In this document: positions 1 to 11,472 of the stretch, in pieces | Layout: the number at the start of each line of letters is the position of its first letter | How positions within the stretch are numbered: position 1 is the stretch's first letter | DNA from: Paramecium tetraurelia | Lineage: Eukaryota | NCBI GenBank assembly: GCA_000165425.1 | Contig: CT868052.1 | Location: 496,001 to 560,000, forward strand | Reading direction: 5' to 3' | Length of the DNA stretch: 64,000 bases | The notes under the pieces: generated by a model | The model's database searches: none | Told to the model about the DNA's origin: nothing | The model's input: the letters and a program-made list of their open reading frames with translations, nothing else | Position numbers and translations under genes: made by a program

Positions 1-480
1 GAATAATCATAATTTATTAAATATTAATGTTTCAAAATTAAGGAATATTTTGGTTATTTTTAATATGCTTAACAAAAAATAAACTTTATTAATTTGAGAA
101 TTGGTAAACTCTTTATATCCTTGAAAAATGTAAAAAATATCATGTCTGTAGGTTCTTTGATGAAGAAAATTAAAAATTTGTATATATTACTTACAATTAA
201 TAATAAAGTACATTAAATCACTAAGATATATATAAAGAAAATAGTCATTTCCTATTAAACTTATGTTTTCAAAAGTAGTTAATTAGTTTTCGTATCAAAC
301 TACCATAATTTATATTTTAACCGTCCATGTTTTAATTACAAAATTCTGTTAAGAATAACTTAAATTATCAAAGTTTTCTGAACAGAACTATCTGAGTTGA
401 AGATACTCTGATCATTATATAGGATTGTGATTGAGATATTACAATCAATTAATATATTTATTTAAATTATTATTAAATCA

Positions 481-1761
481 ATGGATCAAATAAAAAATGT
501 TGAATCTTACTTGGATAATTTACTTGGAGATTTTTAAGCTACTAAATGCACTAAATTTGCTCAATAGTTAGTTTCAAACAAATCATAGAAAATATTTCAA
601 GAATTAGATTCTCGTTAGTTATTTATCAATCAAAACCAATAACATTTAGATATGTCGTTTCGGTCCTAAACTGCCTAAATCTCCATTCCATCTAGGTACA
701 ATATCAAAAATAGTAAGAAAGATTGATTGCTTTGGCCAAATTGAAGTGAAAACATTTACAAAGGAAGAAATAGATTCGTTGAGAAAGGAACGAGGACAGA
801 GAGCATAGATAAAAGTAAAGCAAATTTAGGAGGCTTAAGAAAAGAGAAAGCAAGATTATTTGGAATCTTGGAAAAAAACCTAGTAAATTTAACACTAGAA
901 ACCATTATTCTAATTATTACAAGAATAAGAAACTGCCCAGATTAAGCTGTAATAGGAAATAATACAAAAAAGGTTAGAGTAAATCAAATAAGAGAGGAGA
1001 CCTTTAAATAAAATAGATTTCGAAGAGCACAGAAAAAAGTTTTGCGATTTAATTATACAACCAAGAAATAAATCTATTGAATCATAACTATATAACTAAA
1101 CAAAATCCATAAGTCCTGAGAAATCTGTTTATTATATAAAAGTAGAACAAGAAAAAAATAAGCAAAAATTATTGGAATAAGAAAGAAAAAATCATTTGTT
1201 GGAATTATAAGAGAAGAAAAAGAATTTTTCTGAAGAAACTAAAAATAGATTTAAACCCAAGTTGAGTTTAGATAAGTAAAATGAACTATTAGAAATATAA
1301 AGTAAATTGCACCATAGATCTGATTTCTAAAAATATTAAGTTTTAGCTAATAAAGTTAGACAAAAAAAGATTTCATATTAAATTTAAGACACGGATGAAG
1401 ATTCTAAATCACTAAATACTTTTACAAAAAATAAAGACTAGAATACCTCTTATGATATCGCCAGTTAGGATACTCAATTACCTAAGTTTAAACATAAGAG
1501 TTTTGTTATTGATACTAACACTCAACAATAAAATTAGAATTATTGGTAAAGAGTAGCTTTAAATACTAATATATCAGTAAAAGATAAGAACTTACTAATC
1601 ATAGAAGAAGCAAAAAAGTATAATTAGATTATAAATTTAGGTTAGAAGAGTTGGCAAAAAAGTAAGAATAATTAGCACGTGTCACTGGTTATGATAGCTT
1701 ATAAGCGGATAATCTCTTGATTAGTTCCATTAAAGCAAAGTTGACAGTTTTACAAAATTGA
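481..1761 (+). CDS. Hypothetical coiled-coil, K/Q/E-rich protein
   Basis: ATG at 481 follows an AT-rich leader and reads MDQIKNVESYLDNLLGDF. It ends ADNLLISSIKAKLTVLQN-TGA at 1759-1761 in code 6. Intron structure not fully resolved. Confidence 0.7.
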
Positions 1762-2150
1762 ATTTTTACTTATTCATAAAAATTAAATTCATATTTTAAA
1801 TATTTAATTATTATTGAAAGCATTGCAAATTTAATTTTTTGGATTCAAAATAATATTAGTAAAATTGTGAAAAGTTAAACTACTTATATAATTAGTTTTA
1901 TTTAAACTATGTACTGAGAGTAATCTGTAGCAATATTCACCTCTTCTAAGATGATTTTTTCATCTGATTATAAATTTATTTATTGAATCATAATTATAAT
2001 AAAATATAAAAGATAGGCTATTAAATCTTTAAGAAAGACAGAATATTTCAAATAATTCTATATGAAGTCTAGTGTTAGAAGTGATATTTCTATGTCTTAA
2101 AAAAAACAAATACTTTTTATAATTATTTACATATTATTCTTATATTATAA

Positions 2151-3785
2151 ATGAATAGAAATGATAAGCAAATTGAACATTACCGTTACAATTCTAAAAA
2201 AGGAAGGATTGGCAAAGGTTCCTATGCTACAGTTTACAAAGGATTTGATACGAAATCAAATTAAAATGTTGCCATTAAACAAATTTATAAGGCTGATCTC
2301 CAAAGTGCAGGTTCTATTACTTCACTTATTTTAGATAATGAGGAACATTTATTGAATGAAATTAACATGCTCAAAAGAATTAAAAATCCAAATATTATTG
2401 AAATTCTTGATGTTCTTTAAACAAAGGAGCATTATTATATTATATTAGAATATTGTAATATTGGAGATTTAGACTCTCTGCTTAAACAGAAGGATACAAT
2501 AAAATTAGATGATCATATAACTTTTTTGTAGGACATCTTAAATGCCTTTACAACATTAATTAGATGTGGGATAGCACATAGAGATCTTAAACCAGCAAAT
2601 ATTTTAGTACATTAGGAAGGAAAAAGAAGGATTTTTAAATTGGCTGATTTTGGTTATGCTAAGACAATATGCAATTACAACGCATAAATATTAAAGAGCA
2701 ATTTGGGAACCCCTGCGTATATGAGTCCTTAATTACTTAAAGAGGAATAATACACAACAAAAAGTGATATTTGGAGTTTTGGAATAATGTTATATTAAAT
2801 TATATACAATACTTGTATTTATATGAGTTAATTTAGTGCCTTGGGTAGGAAAATCAGAGTATGATTTGATTTAAAAGATTGTTAATATTCCGATAGCATT
2901 TCCTTAGACTCCCAAGGTATCAACAGTTTGTTAAGATTTAATAATTAATTGTTTATAAGTTAACGAAGATAAGAGATTAAATTGGGATGACTTATTTCGA
3001 CATCCATATGTAAGCCATTATTTTGGAAAAGTGGATATTCAATAGAATAATAGTTTGAAATAGATGCATACTCTAACTCAGAGCCTTAGATAGAAGATTG
3101 GATCGGAGGAAAAAATGGATCAGTTCTTAATTAAATTAAAATTAAAGAATAATTAATGGGAATTAAACAATGAAGAATTCAGTATGTTAATTCAGTTAAT
3201 AAATGAAAATGAGAGCATAAGCAATAATGATATTTAGTGTTTGTTTTAGGAATGTTAAATTGATGGGAAGGTGTGTTATAAGTAATTTAAAAATTGTATA
3301 TTTAATGGGGATCCAAAAAGGGTGAAAATAGTAAGACATTTATCGAATTCTAATATTAAAATACTATCAAACTTGGATGTAGCTTTAACATAACACAATA
3401 TAAGAGAATTATTTGAATAGTTTGCGACTACTAAATAAGATACATTGGAAAGACATCAATTTACAAAAATGATCAAAATGCTCGCAAATACTAATTAATT
3501 AACCAATCAAAATGTAATGATTGTCTATTAATTTAGATCAAAGAAATTATTGATTTTTTCGACGACAATGGAGATGGGATGATTCAATTTTCTGAATTCA
3601 ATAATGTTTTGAGATATGTTCAATAAATTGATAGGAATAAAAATAGCGATAATAGTTTGGATACAATAACAGAATTGGATGAAATGTCATTTATTCAAGA
3701 TCATAGCAATTTCAAGAACGTTAATCAGAAGTTTGAAAGGAGATCAGATTAAAAGATCAGTTTATGCGAATGTGTTAGTTTTTGA
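2151..3785 (+). CDS. Ser/Thr protein kinase (ULK/ATG1-like) with C-terminal EF-hands
   Basis: Kinase motifs IGKGSYATVYKG, VAIK, HRDLKPANIL, KLADFGYAK, LGTPAYMSPQLL and KSDIWSFG. EF-hand DFFDDNGDGMIQFSEF. Short GT..AG introns near 2312-2334, 2815-2836 and 3515-3536. Confidence 0.93.
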
Positions 3786-3974
3786 TTTTTAATCTCGTTA
3801 TTAATTAAATAAATAGAATTTTAATGAATAGATCAACTAATTTACATTTTGAAATATAAATAAAAAATAGCTGATCATAACATTAAATTCAAAATTGAAT
3901 AATTTATGAATGTATTTATATGTTTAGAGAGTGTATAAATAAAAAGAACAAAACATATAATTATAAATTACACA

Positions 3975-4482
3975 TCAAGGCATTTCAATTTCACCATATT
4001 CTAACAATCTATTTTCATAGACTTGATATTATTGTTCATCTATAAACAATTCATAATTCATATATTCTAAGAATTCTTATTCCAATTTATTTATTTCCTT
4101 AACATTAATTCCCCCAATCTTTGCATAGTACTCATTCTTGTAGTAATCGTCATCTTAAAATTTAATCGCAGTTACAATAGCCAACAGCAAAAATCTAGAA
4201 AAGATATATAAAATAAATATACCTATGTATACAATGAGAATTTAATACTAGATTTGCATGTTTCTCTTAAAGTCTGTCCAAGTAGATAAGAGCTACGACG
4301 AAGCATTGTTCACTGCAATGGGTATATTTGCTTATTCTTTGCAAATAATTGTGGATTGAGATTGCTGGAGCTGCTATTGAATGAAAGATAGAATTAGATT
4401 CTAATTCAAGAGAATCAGTTTCTTTGATTATTTCATCTAGAATGTTAGAGATTGTCAAGAGGATAGGATTGGACTGCTGCAT
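3975..4482 (-). CDS. P/U-type (PHO80/PCL-like) cyclin
   Basis: Reads FHSIAAPAISIHNYLQRISKYTHCSEQCFVVALIYLDRL...HRFLLLAIVTAIKFQDDDYYKNEYYAKIGGI. One short intron near 4195-4222. Confidence 0.95.
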
Positions 4483-4530
4483 TAATTTTATATAAACAAT
4501 AATATTAATAATAAAAATATCCTTTTTTTA

Positions 4531-6301
4531 TCAAATAATGCTACATTCGCAGTCGCAATCATAAACTGGACATTTTTGATATAAATCAAACCACTCTTCA
4601 ATATGAGATTGATGTCCTCCATGTTTGCAACTCAAACACCAAACCATGGCTTATTCTATTTTTAATTGATCCAATAGTCTTTATTAATTAGACCCTCTCT
4701 TCCTATCAATGTCTTAATTATTTGGTATTGTAAAATACTATGCACAAACAACACAATTTGACAATGCATGATTACAAGAAGCACAAAGATTTGTTCTTGG
4801 ATTATCATCTCTGGCCAGATTTCTAAGTAATTGATTAAATATTTCATAATTATTACCCTCTTCTCGGATTCCCCCTTCTTTAAATTTCTAAGTAAGGTTA
4901 CCCAACTGGATTCTGACAGAAATTGCAGCACATTGAAATTTGAGGAGTCAGATACTGTTTGAAGGCCTCATTAAGAAATGCTTTGTTGTACTCCAATTCA
5001 GTTTACTTGATCCTACACAACAGTGAATTAATGGGTATATCCTATTTCAATAAATAATCAATGTAAGAATTGAAGATCTTGATTAGTTTATCTTTTTGTG
5101 GATAATCTAAAATATATAAATATATCGAAATAATCCCGCATAATTGAAGATCCCCCTTGTCATCAAGGTATTACTACAAATATTAGATAGAGATCTCGGA
5201 TTTCCCATTTAATATGATATTATCCAACATATTCTGGATTTGTGGTTTCCTACCTTAACAAAATCTTCCCCACAATCCTATTCGATCAAAAATGCTTATT
5301 CTATGAGCACCGTAATTCAGATATTCAGCGAATTTATCTTTTTTCAAAAATTCAGCTATTAGTTCATAATAAGGATCTGTAAACTTCTTATTTTCTAAAA
5401 ACACTTTACAAATTTCAATGATGTTTTTTAAGACTTCCTTTTAACTAATATTTGTATACAAGGTTTTCATTTCATCAATACCTTAAAGAGCCATTAAGAT
5501 TTGATATGTTTCCTTATCCTGATTGGGTAAGAAATCCCTCAAAATTTGTATTGCTTTCTAGAATTGAAAATGAACACAAGCTATGGCTGCTGCTCTTGTA
5601 TATTCAGCCCTTGATATGCACTGTTTACAGAAATCTTCAACATTGAAACTCTTATGATCATCTCCACTTTTCCAACCACATCTATTAATTAACTTACTTA
5701 TCTAATCATTAGTATAGTATTCATAGAAAAAATACTCATTAGATTTTGCTTGACTTTCAGGCTCAAGGTAGATGCCTTCAAGTATAGAGTTATCTTTTTG
5801 TTTCAAAGTTAGATTTTAACTTTATATTTATAGGTCCTATTGAGATCGAATGCCTCCAGGTCTGGGTTTCTACATTTGAGTATTATTGGTTAATTATTGC
5901 TACTGCTATTATTTGATTTCATCTAGACACAATTGAATATATTGAAAGATGTCAGGATTAGCAAAGTAGCAATCATTTACATCAAATTGAAATCCTTTTG
6001 CTAATCTCTCTTAGACTAAATCATGGAAATCCTTTTCATTTTCACCCCCTTAGATTGTATAGATATTCCATTCGTTTTATGTTCTCGTCAATATTTGATC
6101 CTTTGAGATGTATTACAAGGAATCCTTATACTAAATCAAATTAAGATAATTGTATAATTCCTAATAAGTGAATTCCTACTCCTCATCCATGTCAATGTTG
6201 GTTATGTTATATTAATGCAAAATGTTCTGTAATTCCCCCACAGGTATTTTCTTTTATTTTAACTCTGAGTCCTTGCTTATATTTTAGAGAAGACTTTGCA
6301 T
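4531..6301 (-). CDS. MIOS: MIOS/Sea4-like GATOR2 subunit (solenoid plus C-terminal zinc/RING region), ~578 aa
   Basis: Motifs LINRCGW..AEYTRAAAIACVHFQFQKAIQIL, LQQYLDDKGDLQLCG, CNFC, CASCNHALSNCVVC and WCLSCKHGGHQSHIEEWFDLYQKCPVYDCDCEC match MIOS. One 34-nt intron (~4823-4856) restores the frame. Confidence 0.82.
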
Positions 6302-6351
6302 CCAAAATGGTAAATAAAATAATTATAATATTGAAATGAAGAAATTGAAGA

Positions 6352-7705
6352 TCATTATTTTTATTTAAGCAGGTAATTTATAGTTTCGATAGTGTTTCTA
6401 TTATAGGTCTGGAATGAAAGTAATTCCTCGTGTTGCAACTAAATTTAATTTTCAATATACTTCATCTATAAAGTCCTGGTTATTCAATAATACTCTTGGC
6501 AATGCGTTATCAAATCGAAGTATGAAATATTTGGTAGTCTCACAAACCACATCTCTCAAGTCTTTAAACTAAGTCTATTTAGATTTATTTACTTCTATCT
6601 TTCGATCAAAATGCAAATACAAATCTGATTAATCTATGAATTATCTGAATATTTAATTATATTCATGATTTGAATCAAAGAAGCATTTGATTTCCGCTTA
6701 TTAACTAGCCATCTTTCCATAATCCTCAAATATCTACATTGATTTTGCAATTACTAAATAAATCAGACTCAATGCAGTAATCTTCTCATCTTTCTTGAAT
6801 CTATAATCAATTAGACAAACGTCAAACAATTAAACAAGTTCTCTGTATCTATAATACGATTCGTTAGATCTTTCCTTTAATGAAACATTCAATTCTTTGT
6901 CCACTATGTACTCATCCCATAATTTAGTATAATAGTTCAACCAAAAAATGGGAGTATTTGGATTCATTCTGAAATCTAGACATTTTAATATTGCAACTTC
7001 CATCTCCTCAATCTCCTGTATTGTGTATTAATCTTAAATGAGTCTATGAAAATCCTTCAATGTCTTTGGGTAGATTTCTTCGCATTTATGAGCTATGAAA
7101 ATGGCTGCTACCCCAAGAAGTTAGAATTTAGCTATTAAAACATTTGGCTACCTCAGAAGATATCTTTCGATGTAATTTCTAGATAAATAAAAGGTTTCTC
7201 TTTTAAAATGAAATGAATGAGCCACCTCAACCAACCAATCAAATAATATAGCCACCATATGACTTTAAATTTCATTCTAGTTGTTTAAGTAATTTTTTTA
7301 ATAACTATAAATTTCCTCAAATTTTACTTAATCTCTCATAAACTCATTCAAAGTTTCTTACTCTTCCTCTTAATTATTTTCTAATGAATTATTAAAAGTA
7401 AATGAAGATAAATCCTTCCCAAAAGCATCACCTATCAAATTCTCTAACTTAGAGGAATTTTATTATGATTGAATTCTTTTCTCTGAGTTTGGAGTTTCTT
7501 CTGTAATTATGGGATAAATAGCATTTTCATTCTTAACTTTCTTTGTTGTAGCTTATCTAACTTAGATAAATATTGAATACACATATTCACATGCCGCCTA
7601 ATTGGATTTGAATTTAACACTATCACAATTAGTTTTGATTCCTAAATTTCTTTATTTGTGACCTTTTCTAGCCCTACTGTTTTACTTTTTTACATTGTTT
7701 TACAT
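6352..7705 (-). CDS. Cell-cycle cyclin (A/B/E-like cyclin box)
   Basis: Cyclin box MVAILFDWLVEVAHSFHFKRETFYLSRNYIERYL...FQLLGVAAIFIAHKCEEIYP...EIEEMEVAILKCLDFRMNPNTPIFWL. Start codon is the most plausible ATG. Confidence 0.92.
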
Positions 7706-7909
7706 TTATATTCTCTTGGTTATGTATTTATGCTATTAATTATTTTTATTACTAATTGTATTGAAATTAAAATATAAAAATATCAAAGAGTTTCTAATTT
7801 TTTTCTAGAGAATTTTCAGGATTAAATGAGAGGATATTATAAATCCTTGATTTAATCTAGAAGAATATAATTTGACAAATTTTATATTTTAAAAAAAAAC
7901 AACTCAAAA

Positions 7910-10075
7910 TCATTATCCTCTCTTATGCTTTTTGAATTTTGCAACAATAGTTTCAATTTCATTTGGTGGAACTGGATCATGTCTTTTGTATTCAAGTGAA
8001 AATTCTCCTTGCCCTGATGTAAACCCTCTCAATTCAGTTGCATAACCAAACATTTGAGACAAGGGCACATCGGCATTCAAAACAAACATATCTCCTCGAG
8101 ATTCTGTATTTGTAACTGACCCTCTTCTCTTGGCAATACCAACCATGGCTTATTAATAAGAAGGAGCAGGAACCATAATTTCAACTGCCATGACTGGTTC
8201 CAAGATTTCTGGTCCAGCCTATCTAAAAGTTTAAGCAAATGCATATTTGGTTGCTGTCATAAAAGCATTAGAGGAGGAATCCACAACGTGAGTCTCACCT
8301 CCTTCTAAAACAAATCTAACATTAACAACTGGATAACCAGTCAAAGGACCTTTGTCGACTGATTCATAGAACCCTTTTTCAACAGCAGTGATATATTCAT
8401 TAGGTATACTAGTACCAATAACATGATTTTCAAATTGATTAGAGAATTAGCCTTCTTCCAATTGGAGTGGTTCCATATATCCAATAACTTTGGCATATTG
8501 TCCAGCACCTCCTGTTTGCTTTTTGTGTAGATAGTCAAATTGTTATTTTTATGTGATAGTTTCTCTATAATTAACAGTTGGTTGACCCAATTGAACATCA
8601 ATTTCAAATTCTCTTCTCATACGTTCAGCATAGATTTACAAGTGTAATTCACCCATTCCAGAAATAATGATTTCCTCACTTTCCTTATCCATATCGACAT
8701 TAAAGGTAGGGTCCTCTCTCTAAAATTTAGATAACGCCTTTTAGAATCGTGCAGAGTATTCCTTCTTAGAAGGTTTAATGGATAATGACATGACTGGTTA
8801 TGGAACAAACATGCTGGAACATAATACTTGATAATTCATGTCTCCATAGACAAGAGTGTCACCACTTGAACAATCTACTCCAAAGACAGCAAAGATATCT
8901 CCAGCTTCAACATCATTGATTTCTTCCATTTAATTTGCATGCATCTTAGCCATACGAGCAACCTTTACTCTCTTCTTTGTTTTCATATTATAAACATAAT
9001 CTCCCTTCTTTAACTTACCTTAATATACTCTAACATATGTTAATTATCCAAATTTATTCTCTTCTAACTTAAATGCATAACCAACGAATGGTAATTTAGG
9101 ATCTGTTTTAAATTCAATCTTTTTCTCTTCCTTTTAATCTAAAGATATTTAGAATCCAAAGTTTTATTTCTCTTCTGGAGCAGGTAAATAATCTACCACA
9201 CCATCCAAAGCCAATTAAACTCCCTTATTTTTATATGCACTTCCCATAAACACCGGGTAAAACTTGTGATCTTAACAATTCTTTCTAATGGATGCTTTTA
9301 ATTTCTCTTCACTAATTGGTTACTCATTCAAATATAAATCCTCTATCTCTGGATCAATACTTCCCAAAGTCTCAATCAATTCTTATCTCTTCTCCTTTGC
9401 TTCCTCCATGTATCTCTCTGGAACTTCGGTTTCCTTTACGTCCTCTCCTTTCAATCCTTCAAAGAAGTAAGCCTTCATTTTAATCAAATCTACTAACCCA
9501 TTAAATGTTTAATCCTATCCGATGGGTATTTGTACTGCAGCGACTGTTAATGACAATCTCTTTCTGATACTCTATATGGCACTCCATGGATTTGCTCCCA
9601 TTCTATCCAATTTATTTATGAATATGATTCTTGGCACTTTATATCTTGACATTTATTTATGAACTGTCAATGTTTATGGTTGGACTCCTGCCACTCCACA
9701 AATCAGCAATACTCCACCATCAAGCACTCTCAATGCTCTTTCTACTTCTATGGTAAAATCAACATGTCCTGGTGTATCGATCAAATTCACCTAATGTCCT
9801 CTCCATTTCAAATGAGTTGCAGCACTTTAAATTGTAATTCCCTTCTCTTTCTCAAGTTCCATAAAGTCCATGGTTGCACCTGCTGAATCTGCTCCCTTGA
9901 CTTCATGAATTTCATGAATTCTTCCACCATAATAGAGCACTCTCTCTGAAAATGTTGTTTTCCCAGAATCTATATGAGCTGAAACACCAATGTTTCTAAT
10001 TAACTTGTGGATAGGTTGACTAAACCAAAACATAGGAGTTCGCATAAATGACTTGAATCGGAATATATTATTCAT
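7910..10075 (-). CDS. GFM1: Mitochondrial elongation factor G1
   Basis: N-terminal presequence-like segment, then [73 protein letters not shown] and [22 protein letters not shown]. Span of 2166 nt is 722 codons. Confidence 0.97.
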
Positions 10076-10324
10076 CTCTTTAATTTTTACGAGAATTAAA
10101 AATTTAATTTAATTTTATTTTTTTTTTCATTTTCATACTCATCCTCACCCTACTCCCCACACTAAGTCAAATCCACTATTACTTTAATAATCCTTATTTT
10201 TATTCATCTAAAATTTATAAATAAAAAAGCCATTAAAAATTATAAATTCTATTATTATCATTATAATAATTGTACTACCTTCTGTTGGTGTTCCTGAGAA
10301 ATTCACAAATGCAAAAAGAGGCTA

Positions 10325-10862
10325 TCATATATCACTATTGTTGATAAGTGCAACTTTCTCTTCCCCAAAATTCCTGTGGTTCTTAATGTTAAACCGAAGC
10401 AGATCGAGATTCTTAAGCAAATCAGAAGTAGGATGATCAAGTGAAAATAGAAATTTAGAATTGCTTGTAATAAATTTGTTAGATGAAAATAATTGGAAGT
10501 AATGATCAATTAAATTCTTCCTCTACGGCTTCAGGGGCTTCAAAGTTTATATTATCTAGATTAGCTAACATTGATTTTTCATAAACCTCAGAGTTATATT
10601 CTTGTTCTTCTTTGGCTTTTTCATCTAATTAAAATTCTGCATATTGTTCATCTAATATTAGTTAATGTAGTACCAAGAACATTGCATTGCTCTTCGAAAT
10701 CTTTAATTAAATCATCATATTCTAACTTGGCTCTCAATTCTCTATGGTTCTCAAATGTCTTTAATCTCACTTACTATTATTGCTTCTAAGCATTTAATTC
10801 AATTTTCTATGATTAAAAGACACAGATACCAATTTTGTCATCTGCATTGTTTTTTCTTCCAT
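10325..10862 (-). CDS. Small hypothetical protein
   Basis: ATG at 10862 with two clear short introns, reading MEEKTMQMTKL/KIELNAQKQQQQVRLKTFENHRELRAKLEYDDL. The 3' end is uncertain because a possible third intron would give an earlier stop. Confidence 0.5.
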
Positions 10863-10920
10863 ATTTTGTAATAATTTGTTTAAATATTTTTTAAATAAAA
10901 AATAAATCCATTATTTTTGC

Positions 10921-11386
10921 ATGGTTCAAGTGAAGAGACAAGACAGAAGAAAAGTTTATGAATACTTGTTATTGGAAGGTGTTATTGTGATTAAGAAGGT
11001 AAATGATGAATCAATTGATTATAGGACATGGCACTCCCATTGCATGCTGAAACAGGAGTCAAGAATCTTGAAGTCTGGATGCTCTTGAGAAGCTTAAGAG
11101 ACAAGAAATTAGTGGATTTAGTATTCTCATGGCAATATTACTATTATTATCTCAAGGCAGAAGGTGTGAAATATGTAAGAGACAAATTGGGTATGTGTTT
11201 GAATTTGACATTTTCTTAGGTATTGTCGAAGATGTTATTCCTGCAACATTCAAAAAGGCTGATAAGAAATTTGAAGATGATGCTCCAGAGACAAGACAAA
11301 GAGGTGGAAAGGGAGGAAGATCATTTGGCAGAGGAAACAGAGGAGCTCCAAGAAGAAATGAAGAAACAGAATAGCCAGCCTAATGA
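10921..11386 (+). CDS. RPS10: 40S ribosomal protein S10 (eS10)
   Basis: Reads MVQVKRQDRRKVYEYLLLEGVIVIKKD...VKNLEVWMLLRSL..FSWQYYYYYLKAEGVKYVRDKLG..VIPATFKK plus an RG-rich tail. Introns at 10999-11024 and 11191-11219. Confidence 0.97.
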
Positions 11387-11472
11387 ATATAATTACATAA
11401 GTATATTACATTACCCATCTATTATTTTCTACACAGTTGTAAAAATAATATAAATTATTAATATAAATATAT

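Noticed and set aside
5108..5140. AT-rich intron-like segment in the MIOS gene lacking a GT donor
   Set aside because: It reads through in frame (LCGIISIYLYILDYP) and the overall frame needs no intron here.
10141..10162. C-rich tract, and a G-run at 18725-18731, as possible telomeric remnants
   Set aside because: There are no tandem C4A2/C3A3 units.
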